Below are positions 38,719 through 47,694 of a stretch of 64,000 bases of DNA, one piece after another. Numbering within the stretch: position 1 is the first letter of the stretch; each line of letters opens with the position of its first letter. The position numbers and the translations under genes were made by a program. The stretch comes from Fimbriimonadales bacterium. GTDB taxonomy: Bacteria > Armatimonadota > Fimbriimonadia > Fimbriimonadales > ATM1. The stretch lies in assembly GCA_041744215.1 (NCBI GenBank), contig JBGTLG010000016.1, positions 32,001 through 96,000 of the forward strand, read 5' to 3'. The notes below the pieces were generated by a model. That model was not told where the DNA came from. It made no database searches and saw only the letters and a program-made list of their open reading frames with translations.

Positions 38719-39917
38719 TTCAATGCTCCTTCTGTTTGAATCTCCCGTCTGTCTTGCAACACGGCGATGCCGGGCAAGTTCTTGCCTTCCATAAATTCTA
38801 AACTCGCTCCGCCGCCAGTGCTTACATGGCTCATGGCACTAGCAAGTCCCATGCGTTCAACCGCCGCTGCCGTGTCTCCTCCGCCTACGACACTTGTGCA
38901 TGCAGATTCCGCAAGCGCCTTTGCAACTGCTTCAGTTCCCATAGCAAACGCTGGTATCTCACTCACACCCATGGGGCCATTCCATACAACGGTTCCGGCG
39001 TTTAGAATCACTTCTCTAAACGCGCGAGCAGATTCTGTCCCAATGTCCAGCCCCAATTGATCGTGAGGAATTGAGTCCCTATCTACGACTGATCCAGATG
39101 CATCTGCACTGACTTCGGTCGCAACGACAACATCCGATGGCAAAAGAATCTTCGGATCCTCCGAAACAGAGCGCGCAAAGTCCAAGCTCTCTGCATCGAG
39201 TATCGATTTTCCGATCTCGAGCCCCATCGCCCTGTAGAACGTGAACATCATGCCGCCACCGATCAAGAGGCGATCCACTTTCGGCAGAAGCTGTTCGATG
39301 ACGCCGATCTTATCCTTCACTTTGGCGCCACCCAAGATTGCGACGAAGGGTCGAGACGGGTCTTCTAAGGCATTTCCTAGATACTCGATTTCTTTCTCCA
39401 TCAGTAACCCCGCGACGCTGGGTAGATAATGCCCGATTCCTTCCGTGCTTGCATGCGCTCGATGTGCACTACCAAATGCGTCATTGACAAAAAGGTCCGC
39501 GAGAGACGCCAGTTTCTTCGCGAAGACCGGATCGTTTTCCGTCTCTTCTGGATGGAAACGTACGTTTTCCAGCAACATGACGTCACCGCGTTCCAGTGCC
39601 ATCGCCATCAGACTTGCCTCGGGACCAATGCAGTCGGGCGCAAGCGGGACTTCCTTCCCCAACAGTTGCCCCAGCCGTTCCGCAATTGGCGCAAGCGACC
39701 ACTTTGAATCGCGCCCCTTAGGCCTTCCCAGGTGGCTCGCCAAGATGACCTTTGCCCCCGCACCAGTTAAGGCACGTATCGTTGAGAGCGATTCGACAAT
39801 CCTTCGATCATCGACTACCCGACCGGAGTCGTCTTGCGGAACATTGAAATCCGCGCGGACAAATACCCGGCGAGACCCAACGTCAACATCTCGAATGGTC
39901 CGCTTTACGAGCCGCAC
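38715..39917 (-). CDS. pgk: Phosphoglycerate kinase
   Basis: RADFNVP, SHLGRP, LLENVRF, DAFGSAHRAHAS, STGGGASLEF. Confidence 0.97.
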   Translation of the reverse strand: MRLVKRTIRDVDVGSRRVFVRADFNVPQDDSGRVVDDRRIVESLSTIRALTGAGAKVILASHLGRPKGRDSKWSLAPIAERLGQLLGKEVPLAPDCIGPEASLMAMALERGDVMLLENVRFHPEETENDPVFAKKLASLADLFVNDAFGSAHRAHASTEGIGHYLPSVAGLLMEKEIEYLGNALEDPSRPFVAILGGAKVKDKIGVIEQLLPKVDRLLIGGGMMFTFYRAMGLEIGKSILDAESLDFARSVSEDPKILLPSDVVVATEVSADASGSVVDRDSIPHDQLGLDIGTESARAFREVILNAGTVVWNGPMGVSEIPAFAMGTEAVAKALAESACTSVVGGGDTAAAVERMGLASAMSHVSTGGGASLEFMEGKNLPGIAVLQDRREIQTEGALK

Positions 39918-39927
39918 GGTCAGGATT

Positions 39928-40482
39928 CTACCGTCCCGGCCTCGCCCATGAGCGGAGCTCCGCGGCGAGGCGTTTAGAATAGACGAGGTTTCCGAGCATA
40001 GTTAGCTTCTCGCGCGGCTCTACCTGAAGGCGCACACGCTTCCCGTCAACTTCTGCTTCAACAAGGACCCATCTGCCGAGCAACAAGAGGGAGTTCATAT
40101 TCGCCCCGAAACGAATCGACCGAATCGCGGACCGAGGCAGCTCATGGTTTAAGGTGTCGCCGAAGAACTCCAAGCGGTCGGAATGAAGGATCAGCCAGCC
40201 GACGTCCTCATGAGTGTGTATTGCTGCCTTTCGCTTTGGGCGCGCAAAGCCAACAAAAAATGTCCGATCCCCAGACCCAGGTCGATCTGCGAGGAGCTTT
40301 CCAAGCATCTCCCGACGCAAGGTCTTGTTTTGAAACAGCGAGAAGAAGTTTATCGCAAGCCAGAGTACAACCGGGATCGACACCCAAACGTAGAAAGCTA
40401 GATCTGATTTGCCAGCCTGACTCAGAGAGACCGCGACCGCTGGGAGCGGCGCGACAAAGAGCAGGGGCACGAGATTCGACAT
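39928..40482 (-). CDS. Hypothetical membrane protein
   Basis: Two N-terminal hydrophobic segments; fills gap in a co-directional run. Confidence 0.65.
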   Translation of the reverse strand: MSNLVPLLFVAPLPAVAVSLSQAGKSDLAFYVWVSIPVVLWLAINFFSLFQNKTLRREMLGKLLADRPGSGDRTFFVGFARPKRKAAIHTHEDVGWLILHSDRLEFFGDTLNHELPRSAIRSIRFGANMNSLLLLGRWVLVEAEVDGKRVRLQVEPREKLTMLGNLVYSKRLAAELRSWARPGR

Positions 40483-40514
40483 CCATTGCCTAAAGTCTGA
40501 CCAAACTCGATTCT

Positions 40515-41078
40515 TCAGAGCTTCATCCCCAACGTCGCCTGCAACAGATTTACACCTCCATTAGAACCGCCGGTTCCAGCGTTGCTGATGTGAATCCATC
40601 GGATGCCGATGCGCGGCGAGCCTTCGATCGTGTGCAGGTACATCCCTGCACCAGCAAACGAGGCGAAGTTGGCTCTTGTAGAGATATCACCTGTTAACTG
40701 ATCCGCGAGAAAGACTCCAGAGCCAAACTCCATGTAAGGCGAATACTCCTCGCCGTTCGAGTACGTGAGTCGCATTCCGAAACTCAGCCAGCCTGCCAGA
40801 AAATTGCTGCCATCGCGACCATATACATCAGTCAAGATTACTTTTGCTCCTGCGACTTCATCGATTTGCACTTGCTTCCACTTTGCGAACTTGGCCAACC
40901 TTGCGGGCCAAGCTAACTCGAAGCCAAAAGTTGAGCCGCGTCGGTACTCGTTTGTACCGAGCGTGATGATTGATGTGCCGTAAGACACATCAGCGGACCA
41001 GGTTGGGGGATTGAAGTTCTGCGCAATCGCGGAGCTGCAACAAAGGGACAAGCCCAGGAACCATTTTCTCATATTCAA
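40515..41078 (-). CDS. Acyloxyacyl hydrolase / lipid A 3-O-deacylase (PagL-like) outer-membrane beta-barrel
   Basis: Signal peptide; PYMEFGSG, NF, IHISNAG...N.GVN catalytic region. Confidence 0.7.
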   Translation of the reverse strand: MNMRKWFLGLSLCCSSAIAQNFNPPTWSADVSYGTSIITLGTNEYRRGSTFGFELAWPARLAKFAKWKQVQIDEVAGAKVILTDVYGRDGSNFLAGWLSFGMRLTYSNGEEYSPYMEFGSGVFLADQLTGDISTRANFASFAGAGMYLHTIEGSPRIGIRWIHISNAGTGGSNGGVNLLQATLGMKL

Positions 41079-41080
41079 AT

Positions 41081-42043
41081 CTACTGTGCCATCACTTCCG
41101 CAAGAAGCAATCTCTCAGGGTCAACTTCGCGCGGAGTCGATAACACAACATCCAAGCGCTCTGCGACGAGCCTCTTTCCAACGAGTCCAATTGTATGGCA
41201 TTCACAGCCGGCCATTGCCGCCTTGACCGCTTCTGCACCCATACGCGTAGCGAGGACGCGATCCAATGCTGTCGGGCTGCCGCCTCGCTGCATGTGGCCC
41301 AACACCAAGCAGCGCACCTCGTAGCCAGTTTCGCGATGCAAGTATTCTTGCACCGAGGACGCAGTCGCGGCACCTTCCGCCGTAACGATGATGCTTGATC
41401 GCTTTCCTTTTGCGACACCGGCGCGGAGCGTATCGCAGATCCCGGGAAGGTCGAACGGGAGTTCTGGGATCAAGATCGCTTCCGCACCACCGGCGAGTCC
41501 AGCCTCCAAGGCGATAAAGCCACTCCTCCTGCCCATGACCTCGATCACGAACACTCGATCGTGCGAATAAGCGGTGTCCCGAATCTTGTCAATTGCCTCA
41601 ACAGCGGTGTTCACTGCCGTATCGAAGCCGATGCTCAGATCGCTGCACGGGATGTCATTATCGATCGAGCCTGGCAATCCGATGACCCGAGTGCCGTGTT
41701 CGTTGTGCAGTGCCATTGCTCCGGCGAGCGATCCATCGCCGCCCACAACGACCAGCCAGTGGACTCCGGCGTCGCGTAGAACTGAAGCCGCCTTCGATCG
41801 ACCGTCCGGTTCCATAAACCTCGGGCTCCTGCCGCTCCTAAGCATCGTGCCGCCCCGGCCGATGATGCCACCGACGTCGACCGATTTCATTTGATAGAGG
41901 TCACCATCAATCAGGCCATCGAAACCGTTCCTGACGCCATAGACTTCGAGCCCGCGACCCAGGCTGGTCCGAACAACGGCGCGGATCGAGGCGTTCATCC
42001 CGGGCGAATCGCCACCGCTTGTCAATATCGCCAACCGATCCAT
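41081..42043 (-). CDS. pfkA: ATP-dependent 6-phosphofructokinase
   Basis: TSGGDSPGMNA, GGDGS, SIDND, EVMGR, LGHMQRGG; SD GGAGGT. Confidence 0.96.
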   Translation of the reverse strand: MDRLAILTSGGDSPGMNASIRAVVRTSLGRGLEVYGVRNGFDGLIDGDLYQMKSVDVGGIIGRGGTMLRSGRSPRFMEPDGRSKAASVLRDAGVHWLVVVGGDGSLAGAMALHNEHGTRVIGLPGSIDNDIPCSDLSIGFDTAVNTAVEAIDKIRDTAYSHDRVFVIEVMGRRSGFIALEAGLAGGAEAILIPELPFDLPGICDTLRAGVAKGKRSSIIVTAEGAATASSVQEYLHRETGYEVRCLVLGHMQRGGSPTALDRVLATRMGAEAVKAAMAGCECHTIGLVGKRLVAERLDVVLSTPREVDPERLLLAEVMAQ

Positions 42044-42186
42044 ACCTCCGCGCATTATGGCGAACGCGATGGCCGAGGAGGCGCGGCTTCAGGCTGGCTG
42101 TAGGCAATAAGCATTCTGCTCTAGGTCAGGAGGGCGGCGAAAGTCAACTAACTCATGGCGAACCCGCTGGCTTGACCTGAGCCGCG

Positions 42187-42507
42187 TTACAGGAAGAGTA
42201 CGAGGATCCCGGCGATGTTTGCAACGATTGCCAGCGAGCCGAGGACTATCCCTGCGATGGCGTGGCCCCTCCCAACCAGAGCAGGAATTCGTTTGACTCT
42301 CTGCAATCCAAGTACACCGAAGATAAGCGCTGTTGGGCCGAGCACGAGGCCCAGGCAGGGAATCAGCGAAAAGACGCCGACGTAGTAGGCGGTCAAAGCC
42401 CACGGATTCTTGGTGGGGATCAGTTGCTCGAAGCCTGTAGCCTGCCCATGTTTGGGTGGGCCCTGCTCGGGCGGTTGAGACCAATCGGGTTGGTTACCGT
42501 TCGCCAT
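42187..42507 (-). CDS. DUF4190-like small membrane protein
   Basis: Pro-rich N-terminus, ALTAYYVG...GP.ALIFG, GRGHAIAGIVLG; CATAAT-N7-ATG. Confidence 0.7.
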   Translation of the reverse strand: MANGNQPDWSQPPEQGPPKHGQATGFEQLIPTKNPWALTAYYVGVFSLIPCLGLVLGPTALIFGVLGLQRVKRIPALVGRGHAIAGIVLGSLAIVANIAGILVLFL

Positions 42508-42615
42508 GGCAGCAATTATGGCGGACTGATTTAGACAACCCGACCGCGGGACCTTCTCACAAACGTCCCTCGGTCGCTTGGTCGGTGCTAGCAGTGGAGT
42601 ACCATTCGGAGTCAG

Positions 42616-43755
42616 ATGGCATTCTTCGCCCCGCAAGCGACCGTTCTTTCGGTCGTATCTCACGTTCGCCCTGCGTTCCGAGAATCAACGCTTCAATCTG
42701 CGGTGGATATCGCGCGCGAGTCGGGCGTCGATTCGATCCCGGTTGTGGCGGGCGGATTTCTTGTTGGCTCGGTTGCCCTGGCGGACCTGACGGCTGCTCT
42801 TCTCAGCGGAGCTTCGCCGCTCGATTCGGTCGAGACGATCATGCGGGAGCCGATGGTCGTGCTACCGAATGTCACTGTTGATCACGCAACCGAGGCGCTC
42901 AGAGCCGTTCGCGCTCAGACGCTCCTCGTTGCGGACACAGATGGTCGCTACGTCGGCGCGGTTCATGCGCTAGCGCTGTTTGGCCGAGCGGCGATTCCGG
43001 CGAGTCCAGGCCTGGTAGGCGGCATGGCGACTCCTGTGGGCGTGTACCTTACGAACGGCGAAGTCAGCGGAGGCGCAAAACCGAGCGCGCTTGTGATCAC
43101 CGGAGCGATGCTATTCATCACGTACTTCTTTGGAATCGCGGCGACGTACGGCGGTTTGCTCGTGGCTGAGAGCACGATGGGGACGCCTTTGATGGAGAAT
43201 GCGTTCAACGCGGTTGGTTGGCCCGGCGCAGTTTTTCAACTCGCCCCAGTCTTGGTGTTTCTCTTGCTGATTCGCCTCTCGCCGATTTCAGGAACTCATG
43301 CTGCGGAGCACATGGTTGTTCATGCGATCGAGCGCCGGGAGCCACTTGTCTACGAAGTCGTGTCTCGGATGCCGAGGGTGCACCCCCGATGCGGTACAAA
43401 CATCGCAGTCGGCGCGATGATGTTCATGGTACTTCTTGATTTCAGTTGGCGCTTTTTGGGCCAGATGGGGCCTTTGTTTGCGCTCGCGCTGACGGTGCTG
43501 ACTTGGCGTTCGATTGGCGGCGTAGTTCAGTACTTTGTAACGACGAAGCCGCCAAATCGAAGACAGGTGGAAGGCGCAATCGCGGCAGCAAACGAACTCC
43601 TCGAAAACTATCGAAACAGCGCACGCCTTTCGCCGAGTTTTTGGAGGCGGTTGGCCAAGAGCGGCTTGCCGTTTGTTTTGGCCGGCGCAATCGCAACTAG
43701 CTCGATTGCGTTGACGATCCTACACTTCATCGGTACGCCGATTCCGATCTGGTGA
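42616..43755 (+). CDS. CBS-domain pair fused to DUF1385-like membrane domain
   Basis: IPVV...LVG.V...D, VETIM; later HAAEH and RVHPRCGT, T.KPP. Confidence 0.7.
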   Translation: MAFFAPQATVLSVVSHVRPAFRESTLQSAVDIARESGVDSIPVVAGGFLVGSVALADLTAALLSGASPLDSVETIMREPMVVLPNVTVDHATEALRAVRAQTLLVADTDGRYVGAVHALALFGRAAIPASPGLVGGMATPVGVYLTNGEVSGGAKPSALVITGAMLFITYFFGIAATYGGLLVAESTMGTPLMENAFNAVGWPGAVFQLAPVLVFLLLIRLSPISGTHAAEHMVVHAIERREPLVYEVVSRMPRVHPRCGTNIAVGAMMFMVLLDFSWRFLGQMGPLFALALTVLTWRSIGGVVQYFVTTKPPNRRQVEGAIAAANELLENYRNSARLSPSFWRRLAKSGLPFVLAGAIATSSIALTILHFIGTPIPIW

Positions 43756-43758
43756 TCG

Positions 43759-44811
43759 TCAGCCGACCCGGATTGCCGCTTCTCCGGCGACCACTCGGCC
43801 GATACAAGCGAACCCTTCTATTGGCACTTTGCTGAAGATTGCCAGCCCACCGCTTGTCTGCGGATCTACAATGACTTCTTGAAGCCACGCCTGTACGGAA
43901 TTGGAAAAGGTGAGGTTGTCGCCAAGGTGCGCGCGTGTCTTCTTTGATCCGGCTGTGAGATTCTTGCGTTCGATCAGCGCTTGAACCCGGGGCAGAAGTG
44001 GGAGTGCTGCAGAGTCGATCTCGATTGCTACACCGCTCGATCGCGCGACATTGAATAGATGCCCCGCCAAGCCGAACCCTGTAATGTCGGTCGCACATTT
44101 TGCTCCGGCAAAAAGCGCTTTTTCCGAGGCATCGCGGTTGAGGTGCGCCATCCACGCTATAGCGACCCCGATGGGGGAGTCTTCGATCACTTTTGCGCCC
44201 GACGGCATAGCGACAGCATCTTCGACGAGCGAATCAAAGGCGAACTCATCGTCCCACTTCGCCGCACTTGTTATGACTCCCGTGCCGAGTGGCTTCGACA
44301 GATAGATCTTGTCACCCGGCTCTGCGCCCGCGTTGTGGAGCATCTGTGCCGGGTCGACAAGGCCCGTGACGGAGCAGCCGAACTTAGGCATGGGATCTTC
44401 GACACTATGTCCGCCGACGATGACCGCACCCGATTCGATCACCTTGTCCGACATGCCTTGCAGAATCCGGGCCCAAACCTCCGCTGGCGCCATCGAAGGA
44501 TCGAAACAGCAGATGTTCATCGCTGTAATCGGCCTGCCGCCCATGGCGTAGACGTCGCTCAACGCATTTGCCGCAGCGATTTGACCGTAAGAGTAAGGAT
44601 CATCGACAATTGGCGTGAAGAAGTCCATCGTTTGGACAAGCGCGTGTCGTTCTGTCACGCGAAAAACTCCCGCGTCGTCGTGAGTATCGAATCCGACGAG
44701 CAGGTCAGGATGAGAGCTACGCGGCAAAGCCGCAAGAACTTCCGCCAACTGCGAAAGGCCCAGCTTGCTCGCTCAACCAGCGCAATCGACGAGTTTTGTG
44801 AGTCGCGTCAC
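43759..44811 (-). CDS. selD: Selenide, water dikinase SelD with in-frame UGA (selenocysteine, codon 13)
   Basis: MTRLTKLVDCAG-UGA-ASKLG continues in frame into DDAGV, DFFTPIVDDP, ANALSDVYAMGG, TDITGFGL, DPQTSGGL. Confidence 0.93.
44732..44768 (-). promoter_or_regulatory. Candidate bacterial SECIS element of selD
   Basis: Hairpin CTTTCGC-AGTTG-GCGGAAG; loop begins 22 nt after UGA with G at loop position 2; outer GCAAG/CTTGC pairing. Confidence 0.65.
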
Positions 44812-44831
44812 AGAGAGAGCATACCGACTGC

Positions 44832-44862
44832 AAGAAAGGCGGGGGCCTTTGATGGCCCCCGC
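44832..44862 (-). terminator. Intrinsic terminator
   Basis: GCGGGGGCC-ATCAAA-GGCCCCCGC (9-bp stem) followed by CTTTCTT. Confidence 0.75.
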
Positions 44863-44910
44863 AGTGGTCCTCTCCTCCTCCGGCTTTGGCCGGGGAGAGG
44901 CTTTCGCCAT
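44832..44910 (-). ncRNA. Candidate small RNA (about 80 nt)
   Basis: Lies between a near-consensus promoter and a terminator; internal hairpin CCTCTCC-CCGGC-CAAA-GCCGG-AGGA-GGAGAGG. Confidence 0.55.
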
Positions 44911-44914
44911 GTCC

Positions 44915-44943
44915 AATATATACGAATTCGAGGGCGGAGTCAA
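44915..44943 (-). promoter_or_regulatory. Sigma70-type promoter
   Basis: TTGACT (44943-44938), 17-nt spacer, TATATT (44920-44915), with an A-rich tract upstream. Confidence 0.75.
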
Positions 44944-44981
44944 CAAGTTTTTTACTGAATTTGTGAAATGTTAGCAATACA

Positions 44982-45755
44982 CTATCCCGGCTTCGCCGCT
45001 GACCACACAAAAGCCTGCCCGGTTAGTTCGGCAGATGCGAATCCGTCCAGCACCTGCGACCGGAAAGCGACGCGATTAGCTTCGCCCATCCTGGCGTACA
45101 GAGTCGACAACGGGCCAGCAAGGGACACGACCTGGTCGAATGCCTGTTCGGTAGGCAAGTCGGAATAGTAGGGGACGGCGATTTCGACAGCCGAGACGTC
45201 AACGTATCCTGCTCGTGCGAGCAGGTCACGGACTTCGTCGGCATTCGAGAGGCGGAAAGCGCCCGGATCGTTCGGTTGCGGCAAATTGAGGCCGAGCATT
45301 TCGATGGCAAGTTTTGTCGGAGGGCCAACCCAGAGATTTCTTTCAGGTGGCCCCCACGTCGAGAAGACAAGATGGCCACCAGGTTTTATGGCGCGAATCG
45401 ACTGCTCTAGCGCCGTGGGGACGTCGGCTGCAAAGATCAGCCCGAATCGAGACACGAGCGCGTCGAAGGCGCCGTCTCGGAAAGGAAGCGGGTGGAATGA
45501 GCCCAGTACGGCGCAGCCGTGCGCCGCGATCATGTCTTCTGCGATGTCGAGCCCGACTACGCGCCACGCAGGCGGGTGAGACAAGGAGCCTGCGCCACAG
45601 CCGAGGTCTGCAAGAAGGCCGCCAGTATCTCCGAGCGCGCTATTTATCGCAATCGTAATCGGTTTGAACCATGTCTCGACTTCGTCTGCGCCGACACGCC
45701 ACTTGTCCGCGACGTGCTCCCAAATGCGCTTTTGCTTGGCTTCCTGTTCTTTCAT
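44982..45755 (-). CDS. Class I SAM-dependent methyltransferase (UbiE-like)
   Basis: DLGCGAG, GLDI, LPFRDGAFD, SRFGLIF, KPGG. Confidence 0.85.
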   Translation of the reverse strand: MKEQEAKQKRIWEHVADKWRVGADEVETWFKPITIAINSALGDTGGLLADLGCGAGSLSHPPAWRVVGLDIAEDMIAAHGCAVLGSFHPLPFRDGAFDALVSRFGLIFAADVPTALEQSIRAIKPGGHLVFSTWGPPERNLWVGPPTKLAIEMLGLNLPQPNDPGAFRLSNADEVRDLLARAGYVDVSAVEIAVPYYSDLPTEQAFDQVVSLAGPLSTLYARMGEANRVAFRSQVLDGFASAELTGQAFVWSAAKPG

Positions 45756-46720
45756 TCGACAGCTTCCCAAGCAATCACAGTCGCCCCGAGGAGGCCAGCA
45801 TCTTCAAGTTTGTCAGCGACAACTACTTTACAGTCCGGCCACAATGTCGGAATCGCATTCCTTTTCGCGACATCGATCGCGTTCGCCAGGAAATGCTGTT
45901 GCGCCTTCGCGATTTGTCCCGCGATCGCAAGGATCTCGACAGCGAAACCATTTATCAGGTTTCCAATAAGGACTCCTAGGTACTCTCCCGTTTCCTCCCA
46001 AAACTCGATCGCCCCTTTGTGACCTTCGTCGGCAAAGTCAGCGAGTACTTTCGGAGTCAGCACAATGTCTTCTGGAATTCTTGGCATCGCACGACGAAGC
46101 ATGCCGTTAGTTCCGAGATAAGCTTCTACACATCCTCTTGCGCCGCACGAGCACTCCGCGCCGTCCTTTTCGATCACGAGATGTCCGAACTCGACGCCGC
46201 CTCCGTTTCCGCCAACGAGCATTGTCGGCCTGGAGAGCCCGCCGGACACACATGCAGGCGTGAGCACCACGCCGGTGCCAACCCCTGTTCCGAGTGTGAT
46301 TAGTGCGAGCCCTTTTGCGATGCCTTTTCCGGAGCCATACCAATACTCTCCAAGAGCCGCGACGTTCGCGTCGTTGCCCATCACCACAGGAGTCCCAAGG
46401 CTGTCTCGGATTGGGCCAACCAGATCGACGTCGCGATAGCAACGGAACTCGCCGGCGACTATTTCGCCGAAGTTAGGCGCCCATCTTACAAGATCACCGT
46501 CGATGTGACCTGGGACGGCTAAGCCAACTGCGGCGAGGTGCCGCTGGCCCTTTGCTTGGAGGATAGCTCCGATCGTCGCGTCGATCGTTTTCTGGCTGCC
46601 TTCTTGGGCCCGGGACGCGGCCTCCACCCTCGGCCCAGCCGGCCTCCCAGTTTCATCGAACGCTGCTGCCCGCACATTTGTGCCCCCCAAATCAACGCCG
46701 ACAACGACCGAATCAGTCAC
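45752..46720 (-). CDS. ROK-family kinase (glucokinase-like)
   Basis: GVDLGGT, NDANVAALGE, TLGTGVG, EFGH, CSCGARGCVE; TAAAAT-N7-GTG. Confidence 0.9.
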   Translation of the reverse strand: MTDSVVVGVDLGGTNVRAAAFDETGRPAGPRVEAASRAQEGSQKTIDATIGAILQAKGQRHLAAVGLAVPGHIDGDLVRWAPNFGEIVAGEFRCYRDVDLVGPIRDSLGTPVVMGNDANVAALGEYWYGSGKGIAKGLALITLGTGVGTGVVLTPACVSGGLSRPTMLVGGNGGGVEFGHLVIEKDGAECSCGARGCVEAYLGTNGMLRRAMPRIPEDIVLTPKVLADFADEGHKGAIEFWEETGEYLGVLIGNLINGFAVEILAIAGQIAKAQQHFLANAIDVAKRNAIPTLWPDCKVVVADKLEDAGLLGATVIAWEAVE

Positions 46721-46749
46721 TCGGGACATTTTATCGTAAACAATGGGCC

Positions 46750-47694
46750 ATGGCTTTGCCGTCTGGTCCGCTCAAGCAGATCGCGCTCGACTCGGGGTTC
46801 GACCTCGCTGGCGTGTGCCCTGCAGTAGAACCGGCGCACTTCGACGCTTACCTTGAATGGATTGCCCGCGGAATGTATGCGGGTATGGACTGGATGGCGC
46901 GATCGCGAGAGGCGCGCGGGTCGCCCACGAGTCTGCTGGAGGGGTGCAGGTCAGTGCTCGCTGTGGGTCTGAACTATGCGCAGGAGAACGAGGTAACCCG
47001 ATGTGATGGTTCTCTGAAAGTCGCGAAGTACGCGTGGGGGCGCGATTATCATAAGGTTCTGAGATCGAAGTTAAAGCGGGTCGTTCGCAATTTGGAGGTG
47101 CAATATCCGGGGATTCGGTCTCGGATATGTGTGGATTCTGCGCCGATTTTGGAACGGGAGTACGCGTGGCTCGCTGGGATCGGGTGGTATGGAAAGAACT
47201 CGTGCGTGATCAACACCGAGCGGGGGAGTTGGTTCTTTATCGGGTTGCTTCTGCTAGATCAAGAGTTCGAGAGCGACACACCGGCAAGCGGCGGGTGTGG
47301 CACTTGCAGCGCCTGCATCGACGCTTGTCCTACAGGGGCGTTAGTCGTGCGCGAGGATTCACCAGTCGCGTTCGTCGATTCAAGCAGGTGCATCAGCTAC
47401 CTAACGATTGAGCATAAAGGTGAGTTTAGTGAGTTGGAGTCCACCATGCTGAACGGTTGGGTGTTTGGTTGCGATGTTTGCCAAGACGTTTGTCCGTTCA
47501 ATCGCGCCCGTCTTCACCACCCTTTGCGTGCGAAAGCAACGACGGAGAAAGACTTTGCTCCGAGGCCACAGAATATATCGCCCGACGCCGACTTCCTGTC
47601 AAAAGCGAGCGAAGAAGAGTTTGTGGATTTGTACAAAGGTTCCGCGCTGATGCGCGCTGGGGTTAAGCGCATGAAGAGGAATCTTCTGAGGTGA
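46750..47694 (+). CDS. queG: tRNA epoxyqueuosine reductase
   Basis: YAWGRDYH, VDSAPILER, GKN, CGTCSACIDACPTGA, CISYLTIE, GCDVCQDVCPFN. Confidence 0.95.
   Translation: MALPSGPLKQIALDSGFDLAGVCPAVEPAHFDAYLEWIARGMYAGMDWMARSREARGSPTSLLEGCRSVLAVGLNYAQENEVTRCDGSLKVAKYAWGRDYHKVLRSKLKRVVRNLEVQYPGIRSRICVDSAPILEREYAWLAGIGWYGKNSCVINTERGSWFFIGLLLLDQEFESDTPASGGCGTCSACIDACPTGALVVREDSPVAFVDSSRCISYLTIEHKGEFSELESTMLNGWVFGCDVCQDVCPFNRARLHHPLRAKATTEKDFAPRPQNISPDADFLSKASEEEFVDLYKGSALMRAGVKRMKRNLLR

Noticed and set aside
44832-44910. tRNA-Sec (selC) next to selD
   Set aside because: No cloverleaf, no UCA anticodon loop, no T-arm and no CCA end.
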